Below are positions 29,043 through 39,340 of a DNA stretch of 64,000 nucleotides, in pieces (the stretch's first letter is position 1; the number at the start of each line of letters is the position of its first letter). Origin of the DNA: a virus. The notes below the pieces were generated by a model. It saw nothing but the letters and a program-made list of their open reading frames with translations, was not told where the DNA came from and did not search any database. The stretch lies in the IMG/VR virus record IMGVR_UViG_3300047557_004034, positions 64,001-128,000 of that record, one strand, 5' to 3'. The position numbers and the translations under genes were made by a program.

Positions 29043-29419
29043 GACTAAACACAACACTTAAGAATTTAATTGTTGAAATCGCCTCAATCGAGAGCGTAGT
29101 TGATTGCATCAAAAACAAAAAGAAATGCATTATCTACTACGATGGTGATGAACCTGGTGGACGTGGTCTGAGGGAAATAGAACCTGTTTGTTTAGGAACA
29201 AGTAAAGCAGGTAACAAAGTATTAAGAGCTTGGGACGAAGAAGGTGCGTCACACACAGGATATAAAGGGGAACAACCCCTCCCGGGTTGGAGGTTATTTA
29301 GATTGGACAAAATACTTTCACTGAAACCAACTGGTGAAAATTTTTCAGAAATGAAACCAAATTTTAATCCAAATGGTGACAAAAGCATGACAAATGTTAT
29401 TATTGTAGCAAAATTTTAA
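29039..29419 (+). CDS. Stand-alone WYL-domain protein
   Basis: CIKNKKKCIIYY...REIEPVCLG....VLRAW....WRLFRLDKI matches WYL-domain pattern; no HTH or WCX domain. Confidence 0.8.
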   Translation: MRLNTTLKNLIVEIASIESVVDCIKNKKKCIIYYDGDEPGGRGLREIEPVCLGTSKAGNKVLRAWDEEGASHTGYKGEQPLPGWRLFRLDKILSLKPTGENFSEMKPNFNPNGDKSMTNVIIVAKF

Positions 29420-29421
29420 TT

Positions 29422-29985
29422 ATGGAACAATTAATGCAAAAACTTATGGTATCAAAAGCAATAATGGATAAAACCAATAATATTGCTAGAGGTGCAACAC
29501 AAGGGGTTTCACTCCCTTCAACAGAATTACAAAGTTTTCAACCAACTGACGCAAAATATAATATTCCACAAGAGTTTCTTGGGGAAGCACCAATCTCTCG
29601 ACCAACTAAAAATCCTTCAGTCCCAACTGTTGATGCAATCAAGAATTCTAAGTTACCTGATGCAATTAAAAAGTTGATGATTGAACATCCCATAGTTCCA
29701 CCACAAATGCAGACAGGTCCAACTCTTTCTAATGAACTTGTGGAAAAAGCATCAAGGTTAATGAAAGATTCAAAACAAAATAATATTACACCAACAACAT
29801 CACAACAACAAATTCCTTCTAATATACCTAACCTCGAAAAGATGGTTGAAAATGCTGTCAGAAAAGTTTTAAAAGAAGAAGGACTTTTAACAGAATCAGA
29901 GGAAAAAACTAGTGAGGTTTTTAGTTTCAAAGTAGGGAAACACATTTTTGAAGGAAAAGTTACCAAAATCAAAAAACTACAGTAA
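29422..29985 (+). CDS. Hypothetical late protein
   Basis: Operonic ORF; SKLPDAIKKLM and MVENAVRKVLKEEGLLTES segments. Confidence 0.55.
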   Translation: MEQLMQKLMVSKAIMDKTNNIARGATQGVSLPSTELQSFQPTDAKYNIPQEFLGEAPISRPTKNPSVPTVDAIKNSKLPDAIKKLMIEHPIVPPQMQTGPTLSNELVEKASRLMKDSKQNNITPTTSQQQIPSNIPNLEKMVENAVRKVLKEEGLLTESEEKTSEVFSFKVGKHIFEGKVTKIKKLQ

Positions 29986-30038
29986 GACTTTTTTTATTGA
30001 GAAAACAAAACTATATTTTGACATAGAAATAAAATAAT

Positions 30039-31250
30039 ATGTCAAAAATTAAAGTTTTATGTTTACCGTCCGACCGAACAGGTGTCGGAAAATTTAGGTC
30101 TGTTGACCCTCATATTGCATTACAAAATCAATATCCTGATGATTTTCACGTAGATATCGTATATGACCCCCCAATGGAAGACGATAACTTTTGGAAAGGT
30201 TATGATATTATTTCCTACCACAGAAGTATCGGTACCGACTTCGATTTAGGTAATTTAATGATTAAAAAACTAAACAGTATGGGTATACCTACTGTTTGCG
30301 ATATTGATGATTATTGGATGCCAGGTAAAGAACACCCAATTCATGACATAATCAGGGTAAATAAAATCAACGAAAAGATTGTTAACAATATACGTGATTC
30401 AAAATATGTCACAACAACGACAACTTTATTTGCAGACGAAATAAAGAAGACAAATAAGAATGTTACAATTTTTCCCAATGGGATAAATCCAAACGAAGCC
30501 CAATTTAAAGAACCCACACCTGAATCTGATAGAATCAGAGTTGGGTGGTTAGGTGGTTCTTCACATCTTCATGATTTACAACTTTTGGAACAATCGTTCA
30601 GTAAATTGATTCCTTTGAAAGATAAAGTTCAATATGTTCTTTGTGGTTTTGATACCAGAGGAAGTGTTACTGAAATTAATAAGGAAACAGGAGAACAAAA
30701 AAGAAGAGATATTAAACCTGAGGAAACTGTGTGGGCAACTTATGAAAAAATATTCACTCAAAATTTTCAGATTATATCAGAAGACTACAAAAAACATCTT
30801 TTGAATTATAACCAAGATGAATACTCTGACATGGTAAATGAATCGTATAGGAGAGTATGGACTCAACCCGTGACATCTTATGCAAAAAATTATTCCAAAT
30901 TTGATATTTCTTTGGCTCCGCTAAAAAATCATATGTTTAACAGAATGAAATCTCAATTGAAAGTAATTGAATCAGGTTTCTATAAAAAAGCATTAATTGC
31001 ATCAAATTTAGGTCCTTACACAATAGATTTGAAACATTGTTTAAAAAATGGTAACTTTGTCGACGGTAATGCTTTATTAGTAGATGAAAACCGTAACCAC
31101 TCTGATTGGGCTAAGTATATCGAAAAACTTGTGAAAAACCCTAACTTAATCAAAGATATGGGTGAAAGATTGTATGAGACAGTTAAAGATATCTATGACC
31201 TTAAAGTTATTACCAAAAACAGAGCAGAATTCTATAAATCTATTATATGA
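30039..31250 (+). CDS. GT-B (GT4-like) glycosyltransferase
   Basis: GVGKFR, DIDDYW, VGWLGGSSH..DL, DISLAPL...FN..KSQLKVIE. Confidence 0.85.
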   Translation: MSKIKVLCLPSDRTGVGKFRSVDPHIALQNQYPDDFHVDIVYDPPMEDDNFWKGYDIISYHRSIGTDFDLGNLMIKKLNSMGIPTVCDIDDYWMPGKEHPIHDIIRVNKINEKIVNNIRDSKYVTTTTTLFADEIKKTNKNVTIFPNGINPNEAQFKEPTPESDRIRVGWLGGSSHLHDLQLLEQSFSKLIPLKDKVQYVLCGFDTRGSVTEINKETGEQKRRDIKPEETVWATYEKIFTQNFQIISEDYKKHLLNYNQDEYSDMVNESYRRVWTQPVTSYAKNYSKFDISLAPLKNHMFNRMKSQLKVIESGFYKKALIASNLGPYTIDLKHCLKNGNFVDGNALLVDENRNHSDWAKYIEKLVKNPNLIKDMGERLYETVKDIYDLKVITKNRAEFYKSII

Positions 31251-31948
31251 TAAATTTACCCGTAGAGAAACTTTTGTTCATTGATATTGAAACAGTTGGA
31301 TGTGCATCGACTTTATCTGATTTGAAAAAAAATGATGAAAAGTTATATTCACTGTTTGAACATTACGAGTCTTGGTTTAAAAAAAGGTTCCCTGAAGATT
31401 CCAATTTAACCTTGGAGGAACTATTCATTTCAAGAAGTGCATTAGTTCCTGAGTTCAACAGAATTGTCTGTGTATGTTTAGGACTTGTAGATATGAAAGG
31501 AAACTTTAAGACAACCGTTATTTCAAATATCGATGAAAAGAAATTACTTGAGGATACTAAAAAAACATTGGTAAAGTGTGGCGAAATGGGATATTGGTTG
31601 TGTGGTCATAACGTTAAGAATTTTGATATTCCAGTATTAGGTAAGAGGATGGTTATCAACGGTTTGATGCCTCCTAAAATTTTGCCTTCATTTGATACTA
31701 AACCATGGGAAGTTAAAGCTGTAGATACAAGAGACGTATGGCAATTTGGGCAATATGCCTCGATATCCACTTTGGACTTAATGTGTGGTGTGATGGGTGT
31801 AGAATCTTCAAAATCAGAAGATATGGATGGTTCTAAAGTCCACGACAACTTTTGGAATAAAAAAGATTATAGTAAAATAAACGAATACTGCGAGAAAGAC
31901 GTTCAAGTTTTATATAACGTAGTTTCAAAATTTATAAATTTAAAATAA
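31247..31948 (+). CDS. Stand-alone PolB-like 3'-5' exonuclease (DEDDy)
   Basis: FIDIET, GHNVKNFD, YCEKDV motifs. Confidence 0.88.
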   Translation: MINLPVEKLLFIDIETVGCASTLSDLKKNDEKLYSLFEHYESWFKKRFPEDSNLTLEELFISRSALVPEFNRIVCVCLGLVDMKGNFKTTVISNIDEKKLLEDTKKTLVKCGEMGYWLCGHNVKNFDIPVLGKRMVINGLMPPKILPSFDTKPWEVKAVDTRDVWQFGQYASISTLDLMCGVMGVESSKSEDMDGSKVHDNFWNKKDYSKINEYCEKDVQVLYNVVSKFINLK

Positions 31949-32550
31949 TGGATAAAGAATTATTCAATTTAGTACAAAAAGAATTCGATAGACTCAAAAA
32001 AAATTATGGTATCGGTGATGCAGAACTCAGAGAAGAAGACATTGAAAACATATTAGGTATTTCTGTAGATGAGCTCGAGAAGGAGTATGCATCAAATAGT
32101 CATAAACATATATTAGAGATAGAATCAATTCATCCCGATAGTGTTATGCCAACCTACGCGTTTGAGTCTGACTCAGGTTTCGACCTTTGTTCTGTCGAAG
32201 AAATTACAATTCCCCCAATGGGTAGAGCATTAGTTCCCACTGGACTCAAATTTGGAATTCCTGAAGCAACTGAAATTCAAATAAGACCCAAAAGTGGTTT
32301 GGCAATAAACCAAGGAATTACTGTATTAAACACACCAGGAACTGTCGATTCAGGATATAACGGAGAAATTAAAGTTATTATTTTCAATAGTTCTTCAAAC
32401 ACCTGTACCATTAAAAAAGGAATGAAAGTTGCCCAAGCGGTTCTATGTCCTGTTTTTTCGGGTAAGTTTGTAACATTAGAAAAAGTTGATAAAATCGGGG
32501 AGAAAGACAGAGGAGAAAATGGATTTGGGAGTACTGGTTTAAATTTATAA
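31948..32550 (+). CDS. dut: Trimeric dUTPase with N-terminal extension
   Basis: SGFDL, RPKSG, PGTVDSGYNGE, AQ, RGENGFGSTG motifs. Confidence 0.95.
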   Translation: MDKELFNLVQKEFDRLKKNYGIGDAELREEDIENILGISVDELEKEYASNSHKHILEIESIHPDSVMPTYAFESDSGFDLCSVEEITIPPMGRALVPTGLKFGIPEATEIQIRPKSGLAINQGITVLNTPGTVDSGYNGEIKVIIFNSSSNTCTIKKGMKVAQAVLCPVFSGKFVTLEKVDKIGEKDRGENGFGSTGLNL

Positions 32551-32554
32551 TTTT

Positions 32555-34192
32555 ATGTCACTAACAATTGGATTTTCAACAAGAAGGAAGAACCCTGAAT
32601 TTGTGGAGTATTTAAAACAAAGTTCAGGATTTAAAAAAATTCAAGTAATTGAAAAAATTAACAACGGTGAAAAATCCCTCAGTCAAGTATATAACGAAAT
32701 ACTTTCTGAGTCGGAAAATGATATAGTTGTTCTTTGTCACGATGACATATATTTTGACACACCGTCTTGGTACTACAAGATTATCAAACATTTCACAAAA
32801 ACAGATTTTGGTATATTAGGTGTTGCAGGAACAACAGATTTATCAGAAACTGGACAATGGTGGGTAACGAACAAAAGAAGGAACATGGTCGGGATTGTCA
32901 ATCATGAAAATGAAGGAAAGAAATGGGAATCGAAATATTCTGAAAATTCAAATAATTCAATAATTCCAACAGTCATAGTTGATGGTTTATTTATTGCAGT
33001 AAACAAAAAAAGATTAAACTCAGGATTTATCGAAGAATTTGAAGGATTTCACTTTTATGATTTATCATTTTGTTTAGAAAACTTTTTAAAAGGAACCAAA
33101 GTAGGAGTTATAACAAATATTAGAATTACACACAAATCTATTGGGATGACCAATGACCAATGGGAACAAAATAGAATTAAGTTTGTTCAAAAATACAAAA
33201 ATAACCTACCAACAAAAGTTCCATTTAATGTTAATAAAAAAATAAAAGTTTTAATAGGATGTTTATTTTTCCGAAATTTTACAGGTTCCGAACTGTATGT
33301 CTATGAGTTAGCCAAAAACTTAATTACATTAAATTGCGACGTAACAATAATCTCGCAAATAGGGGGGCCTCTAACAGATATGGCAAAAAGATTAGGAATA
33401 AAATGTGTGTCTTTTGAACAGGCTCCAGGATTCAAATTAGGAGACGGTAAGTGGGAATTTAATGGTCCAAATGGAATTGAAAAATCAAAACCAAATGTGA
33501 TGTATAAGGTATCGGATGTAAATTTTGATTTGATTCATATACAACACCGACCAGTTGCGGAAAGGTTGTGTGAATTTTATCCTGATATTGACAAAATCTA
33601 CACAATACACTCAGAAATAATAGAACTGGAACACCCAATCAAACATGAGTCAATAAAAAAATATATTGCTATCAGACCTGAAATAAAAAATTACATAGTC
33701 AATGATTTTGAAATTCCTGAAGAAATGGTCGAAGTTATATATAATCCCGTCGATAATGAAAAATTCAAACCTAAACAGGGTCAGATTAAACCTTCTTTAC
33801 TCTTTGTTGGGACTATAGACTATTTGAGAAGAGAAACCATTATGGATTTATTAGATTATACCAAACAAAATGATAAGGAACTTTGGTTGATGGGGGAAGA
33901 TAAAAGTAATTATCTTTCTATTCTACAGGAACAACCAAATGTTAAATATTTCAAACCGTCATGGAATGTTGAATCTTTGATTAATCAATGTGAAGAAACT
34001 GCAGGTATCCAATTAGGGAGAACAACTATTGAAAGTTGGATGTGCGGTAAACCAAGTTGGATATACAAAGTTAATTCATTTGGTGTGGTAGAATCAAAAG
34101 AAAAATTCGAACCTCCACAGGATTTGGAAAAATATCATTCATTGAATGTGTCAAAAAAAATTAAAGAAAAATACTTAGAAATATTATTATAA
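32555..34192 (+). CDS. Fused GT2-like + GT4-like glycosyltransferase
   Basis: SLSQVYN..LCHDD..VDGLF..FHFYD in the N-domain; TGSELYVYELAK..VIYNPVD..GRTTIES in the C-domain. Confidence 0.8.
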   Translation: MSLTIGFSTRRKNPEFVEYLKQSSGFKKIQVIEKINNGEKSLSQVYNEILSESENDIVVLCHDDIYFDTPSWYYKIIKHFTKTDFGILGVAGTTDLSETGQWWVTNKRRNMVGIVNHENEGKKWESKYSENSNNSIIPTVIVDGLFIAVNKKRLNSGFIEEFEGFHFYDLSFCLENFLKGTKVGVITNIRITHKSIGMTNDQWEQNRIKFVQKYKNNLPTKVPFNVNKKIKVLIGCLFFRNFTGSELYVYELAKNLITLNCDVTIISQIGGPLTDMAKRLGIKCVSFEQAPGFKLGDGKWEFNGPNGIEKSKPNVMYKVSDVNFDLIHIQHRPVAERLCEFYPDIDKIYTIHSEIIELEHPIKHESIKKYIAIRPEIKNYIVNDFEIPEEMVEVIYNPVDNEKFKPKQGQIKPSLLFVGTIDYLRRETIMDLLDYTKQNDKELWLMGEDKSNYLSILQEQPNVKYFKPSWNVESLINQCEETAGIQLGRTTIESWMCGKPSWIYKVNSFGVVESKEKFEPPQDLEKYHSLNVSKKIKEKYLEILL

Positions 34193-34194
34193 AA

Positions 34195-34977
34195 ATGAAA
34201 TTATACAATAAATTTATTATAATAGTTCCAGTTTATAATGCAAAAAATTTGATTGTTGACTGTTTATCATCAATATTCACACAATCATTTGAAGATTTGG
34301 GTGTAATAATTAGAGATGATTGTTCTACTGACGGTACTGATATTGAAATAAAAAAATTTTTAGGAGTTGACGGTGATGAAGTAATTTCTAAGTTTAATAA
34401 CAAAGACTTTATTTTTATCAAGAATCAAAAAAAACTATACCCTGTCGGAAATACGTATGAAAGTGTCATCAACTTTGTTGATAATCAAGAATCAATAATA
34501 GGCGTTGTTGATGGAGATGACAAACTCTATGTAAGAACCGCAGTTTCCAAAATAAATAAAGTTTATGAAAACGAAAATAAATGGATGGTATGGTCACAAC
34601 ACCAAAATTCCAGTGGTGGAATAGGGTCATCAAAACCATTACCTGAAAATGACATAATTTATTCGAGTAGAAATTATTGGTCTGTTACTCATTTCAGGAC
34701 TTCCAAGTGTTTCTTATTCCACAAATTAAACAAAGAGGATTTGATGGACCCTTTTGATAAAGACACATACTTCAAGTTTTGTGGTGACGCATCTTTTTTA
34801 TATCCATTCTGCGAAATGTGTGGAAACGAAAAATCATTCTTCTTAAATGAAATTTTATACTACTACAATAATACACTTCCAACCAATGAGCATAATAAAA
34901 ACTTCAACATGGCAGTCAAGTATGGATTACACGTAAAATCCAATGGAAAAAAATATACTAAATTATTTATTTCATAA
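34195..34977 (+). CDS. GT2 glycosyltransferase
   Basis: IIVPVYN, DDCSTDGT, VDGDD. Confidence 0.88.
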   Translation: MKLYNKFIIIVPVYNAKNLIVDCLSSIFTQSFEDLGVIIRDDCSTDGTDIEIKKFLGVDGDEVISKFNNKDFIFIKNQKKLYPVGNTYESVINFVDNQESIIGVVDGDDKLYVRTAVSKINKVYENENKWMVWSQHQNSSGGIGSSKPLPENDIIYSSRNYWSVTHFRTSKCFLFHKLNKEDLMDPFDKDTYFKFCGDASFLYPFCEMCGNEKSFFLNEILYYYNNTLPTNEHNKNFNMAVKYGLHVKSNGKKYTKLFIS

Positions 34978-35001
34978 AATTTGGTTTTAAAATAAAATAA
35001 A

Positions 35002-35664
35002 ATGAATGAAGTTACAGTTGTTTTCACATCATGTGGAAGATTTGGTTTTTTAAAAGAAACTGTCGATTCTTTTTTATCTCAAAACACTTATCCTATTAAA
35101 GAGTATATTGTAATTGAAAATTCGGGAAATTCTCAATCCTTTTTCGAACTCAGTAATATTTTCAAAAACATAGAAAACGTCAAGATTATCATTAATGAGC
35201 AAAACATAGGACAAGTTTCTAGTATTGATAAAGCCTATGAATTCGTAGAAACGGATTATATTTTTCATTGTGAAGACGATTGGAAATTTATTAATTCAGG
35301 ATTCATCGAAAAATCTTTGGATATTTTGATTGAAGTTCCTAACATTAGTAATGTGAATATTAGGAGAAGGAATGACAACTCCAAAGGTAGTTTTCATCCT
35401 ATAGTGGGTCCATTTAAATTGAAAAACCAATCAAAATACTACATTTATCAACAAAATTATCTTGGGGAGTGGCACGGATTCTCGTGGAACCCAGGTTTAA
35501 GGAGAAATAAAGAGTATCAATTAGTGAAGCCATATAAGCAATATACAAATGAACAAGGTGTAAATCAAAAAATGAAAGAGCTTGGTTTCTTTTCCGCTTG
35601 TTTAGAGGATTCTTATTGTATTCACATAGGAGAAAATAGTTCAACATTTAAAGCAAATATGTAA
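35002..35664 (+). CDS. GT2-like glycosyltransferase
   Basis: TSCGR..L..T..SF, NIGQ..SID, FHCEDDW, FSWNP, HIG. Confidence 0.8.
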   Translation: MNEVTVVFTSCGRFGFLKETVDSFLSQNTYPIKEYIVIENSGNSQSFFELSNIFKNIENVKIIINEQNIGQVSSIDKAYEFVETDYIFHCEDDWKFINSGFIEKSLDILIEVPNISNVNIRRRNDNSKGSFHPIVGPFKLKNQSKYYIYQQNYLGEWHGFSWNPGLRRNKEYQLVKPYKQYTNEQGVNQKMKELGFFSACLEDSYCIHIGENSSTFKANM

Positions 35665-36611
35665 TGAAAAAAATTCTAATCACAGGAGGAAGTGGTTTTT
35701 TAGGAAGGAACTTAGCCTTAAGACTAAAAAACGACTATGAAGTATTTCTTGCTTCAAGAAATAACAAACAAAATTTTAGTTCAGGTAACTTTACAGGATG
35801 TAAGGTTTTACCTATGGACGTATCAAGCATAGAATCTGTCAGAGATGTCTTTTCTGAAGTTAAACCAGATATCGTTATTCACGCAGCCGCAACTAAATTT
35901 GTTGATTTGTGTGAGAGGTTTCCAATGGAAACTATAGATGTTAATGTTATCGGTTCTCAAAATGTCGCAAGAGTTGCAATCGAAAAAAATGTTGAAATTG
36001 TAGTTGGTATATCAACAGATAAAGCAGCACCACCTATTCGAAATATATACGGGTTGAGTAAATCTACAATGGAAAAACTTTTTTGTTCCATGAACGAAAA
36101 ATCTAAAACAAAGTTTACCTGTGTTAGATATGGTAATGTTGTTTGGTCCACAGGCTCTGCATTTCCGATATGGAAAACTATGTTAGAAAAAGATGGCATA
36201 ATAAAATCAACCGGACCTGAAATGAGGAGGTTTTTCTTCACAGTTGAACAAGCGGTTCAGTTAGTCATAGATGCAATAAACAATATAGACAAAATAAAAG
36301 GAAAAGTTTTATCAAGAGAAATGAAGTCCGCTCAAATTAGTGACATACTTGATGTATGGGTAGAACTTTATGGCGGAAGGTGGGAGCAATCTGAAGGTAG
36401 ACCAGGAGAAAGAAATGATGAATATTTGGTCGGAGAGATTGAATTAGAATACTCTACAAAAGAAGATATAAATGATGTTTCCCACTACATTATAAGTCCA
36501 AACACTAAATCTAATGAAAAGTTAACACAAGTATTTCATTCAGGTAACTCTCCAAGATTGACTAAAGAAGAAATAATTAATTTGATTTTAGCAAAACCTG
36601 ATGTTTTATAA
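35664..36611 (+). CDS. UDP-sugar 4,6-dehydratase (PseB/CapD-like, Polysacc_synt_2)
   Basis: ITGGSGFLG, HAAATKFV, STDKA, YGLSK, RYGNV..STGS. Confidence 0.88.
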   Translation: MKKILITGGSGFLGRNLALRLKNDYEVFLASRNNKQNFSSGNFTGCKVLPMDVSSIESVRDVFSEVKPDIVIHAAATKFVDLCERFPMETIDVNVIGSQNVARVAIEKNVEIVVGISTDKAAPPIRNIYGLSKSTMEKLFCSMNEKSKTKFTCVRYGNVVWSTGSAFPIWKTMLEKDGIIKSTGPEMRRFFFTVEQAVQLVIDAINNIDKIKGKVLSREMKSAQISDILDVWVELYGGRWEQSEGRPGERNDEYLVGEIELEYSTKEDINDVSHYIISPNTKSNEKLTQVFHSGNSPRLTKEEIINLILAKPDVL

Positions 36612-37258
36612 TGTTTGAAAATTCAGTTATTATTGCGGGAGGTGTCGGTTCAAGAATGAGACCTTTGACAAATTATATTCCCAAGGCGGTTGTAGAAATA
36701 AATGGAACTCCTTTGATTCACAATTCTATCGAATTGTTGTCCACATATAATATTAATATATACGTAACCTACAATTATCTTCCTAACTTTATTTTCGAAA
36801 AAGTGAATTCGAGAGTTAAAGGATTTATAAATACAATAAATCAAGATAACTCTTACTTCCTTTTCAACAGCTTTATTAAAAATTTAAACGAACCAATTAT
36901 TGTTCTCCCTTGTGATATAAAAATAGAGATAGACTTGAATCAAGTTTATAATGATTACTTTGAAAAAGGGGAACCAGCGATTATGATTATTGCTACAACT
37001 CCTGTGAATGGAGTTGATGGTGATTACATAGAGGAAGATGAAAATAACAATATTACTTCACTCAGTCGAACAATGGAAACAAAAAAATATTGTAGCGGTG
37101 TCCAAATAATAAACCCATACAAAGTTAATCAACTATCAGAATCCCATAATAATTTTTACAGTGTTTGGGAATCGTTGATTGAAAAAAAGGAACTAAAATT
37201 AAGTAGTATTTTACCTAATTCTTGGAACTCTTATGATGAAATAAAACAGATAAATTAA
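36611..37258 (+). CDS. Sugar-phosphate nucleotidyltransferase
   Basis: IIAGGVGSRMRPLTNYIPK motif. Confidence 0.88.
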   Translation: MFENSVIIAGGVGSRMRPLTNYIPKAVVEINGTPLIHNSIELLSTYNINIYVTYNYLPNFIFEKVNSRVKGFINTINQDNSYFLFNSFIKNLNEPIIVLPCDIKIEIDLNQVYNDYFEKGEPAIMIIATTPVNGVDGDYIEEDENNNITSLSRTMETKKYCSGVQIINPYKVNQLSESHNNFYSVWESLIEKKELKLSSILPNSWNSYDEIKQIN

Positions 37259-37264
37259 CAAACT

Positions 37265-37864
37265 ATGAATTTAGATTTTATATTAGAAAAAACACTAAAT
37301 GGACAAGGTGACTCTGATAGGCATTTGATTACATTATTTAGTATTGTGGTTGGTTCCAAAGCAAAAAATATATTGGAGCTTGGAGTCCGTAACGGAGATA
37401 CTACATTACCATTTTTATTAGCAGCAAAATTAAATCAAGGTAAGGTCTATTCTGTTGATATAGATGATACTAATTTTGTTGTTCCCGATGAACTGCAACC
37501 ATATTGGCAATTTACAAAGATTGATGCAATACAATATTTGGAAAATTGGGACAGTTCTCAAAGTTTGGACATAGTTTACATTGATGATTGGCACTCGTAC
37601 GACCATGTGAAAAAAGAGTTATCTATTTTAGATAAATTAGTTTCCCCGTCAACAGTAATTTTAATACATGACTTAATGTACGGTGGAACTTGGCCCTTTT
37701 ATCATTCAGATATTACTTTGAAAGATGGTCAGTGGGCAAACGGTGGACCTTACAGAGCTGTTGCGGAACTAGACCCCCAATTTTGGGAATTCTCAACCTT
37801 ACCATGGAATAACGGTCTCACAATCTTAAGAAAAAAATATTCTAATAAATTTAAACAAAGATAA
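37265..37864 (+). CDS. Class I SAM methyltransferase (Methyltransf_24-like)
   Basis: ILELGVRNG, YSVDI, YIDDWHSY, LIHD. Confidence 0.85.
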   Translation: MNLDFILEKTLNGQGDSDRHLITLFSIVVGSKAKNILELGVRNGDTTLPFLLAAKLNQGKVYSVDIDDTNFVVPDELQPYWQFTKIDAIQYLENWDSSQSLDIVYIDDWHSYDHVKKELSILDKLVSPSTVILIHDLMYGGTWPFYHSDITLKDGQWANGGPYRAVAELDPQFWEFSTLPWNNGLTILRKKYSNKFKQR

Positions 37865-37868
37865 CACA

Positions 37869-38558
37869 ATGAAAAAAGAAAAAATATTAATCATACTTCC
37901 CACTAAACAAAGATTGAACGATTTCGAAACGTTCGCAGAATCATGGATGACTACGACAAAAGGAAAAAGTGACGTTTTGGTTGCAATAGATTTAGAGGAT
38001 AAAACATATGATACTGTTAAGGAAAAATACCCATTTATTTATGAAAAAGTGGAACCCTCAAGTGTATTAGAAATACTCAATCAAATGGCCGTAAAATATT
38101 CTAAAGAATATAAATTTATTTCTTTTATGGAAGATGATTGTGTCTTTGTTACTGAAAATTGGGAAGACTCATTTATAAATAAATTAAATGAAATTGGTGA
38201 CTATGGTATAGTTTGGGGTAACGATTTAATTAACCGACATCAGATTGTAGGTTTACCATTTTTAGACTCTAAAATAGTCGATGTCCTTGGTTATATGTCT
38301 CCACCTGAATTAAAATACCTTTGGGTTGATTATTTTTGGAAACAACTTGGAGCGGATTTAGGGACTTTATTTTATTTCCCTGAAATAATTGTTGAGCATA
38401 GGCATTATTCATCAGGAAAAAGACAAAAAGATGAAATTAGTGATGTAGTTGATAGTCATGGTTTAATTGATATGAAATCATACCATGAAAATTACCTGAA
38501 AAATAGGTATCGTTCAGATTTACAAAAATTAATTAATCAGAGACAACGAAATAGTTGA
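37869..38558 (+). CDS. GT2-like glycosyltransferase
   Basis: LPTKQR, FMEDD, YLWVD, VEHRH. Confidence 0.75.
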   Translation: MKKEKILIILPTKQRLNDFETFAESWMTTTKGKSDVLVAIDLEDKTYDTVKEKYPFIYEKVEPSSVLEILNQMAVKYSKEYKFISFMEDDCVFVTENWEDSFINKLNEIGDYGIVWGNDLINRHQIVGLPFLDSKIVDVLGYMSPPELKYLWVDYFWKQLGADLGTLFYFPEIIVEHRHYSSGKRQKDEISDVVDSHGLIDMKSYHENYLKNRYRSDLQKLINQRQRNS

Positions 38559-39340
38559 TGATGAAAAACAGAGATTTATGGATACCCAACCCATCTTTGG
38601 GAACAGATTTTTTTAGAGTCTGTAGTGAAATAATTAGTAAGGAAGATTTGTTTAAAACTTTTAAGAGGAATCCTAGATTTTGTAATATAATCGGTAATGA
38701 TGTCAGGTCAAAATCAATTTCTGATGTTTTATTTGACAGATTAATTCTAAGTGACTCAGATATTATATATAATATTGAAAAATTTAAAACTAATGACCTT
38801 TACGGTGACCCCTACATGTATCATTATCCCAAAATTGGTTCTATTTCCCCAGGCACACTTTATTTTATCGACATTTTAAGACAGATTATTAATCATTTTG
38901 GGAACATAAATCGTTTCAATATAGTAGAAATAGGAAGTGGATATGGTGGACAAGCAAAAATAATTTTAGACCAAGGTGTCAATTCATACACTTGTATTGA
39001 TGTAAAAGAACCATTATTTTTATGTAAAAAATATCTATCACTTTTCAATTATGATAATGTTCAATATCAAGAATGGAATAGCATTAAATCATCAGAATAT
39101 AACTTAGTAATTTCAAATTGGTGTTTGAGCGAGTTCAACGAAGAAGGTATTAATTATTATGTTGAAAGTGTTATCAAAAAATGTAATTTTGGTTTTTTTT
39201 TAATGAATGTTTGGGACACTGATGAGAGAAAAAAATACATTATTAACAAATTAAAAGAAATTTTCAATACTGTGGAAATATTACCAGAAGAACCCAAAAC
39301 TCATCAAAATAATAATTTTTTATTAATCGGAAAAAAATGA
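38558..39340 (+). CDS. Putative sugar O-methyltransferase
   Basis: IVEIGSGYGG, YTCID, LVISNWCLSE. Confidence 0.78.
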   Translation: MMKNRDLWIPNPSLGTDFFRVCSEIISKEDLFKTFKRNPRFCNIIGNDVRSKSISDVLFDRLILSDSDIIYNIEKFKTNDLYGDPYMYHYPKIGSISPGTLYFIDILRQIINHFGNINRFNIVEIGSGYGGQAKIILDQGVNSYTCIDVKEPLFLCKKYLSLFNYDNVQYQEWNSIKSSEYNLVISNWCLSEFNEEGINYYVESVIKKCNFGFFLMNVWDTDERKKYIINKLKEIFNTVEILPEEPKTHQNNNFLLIGKK

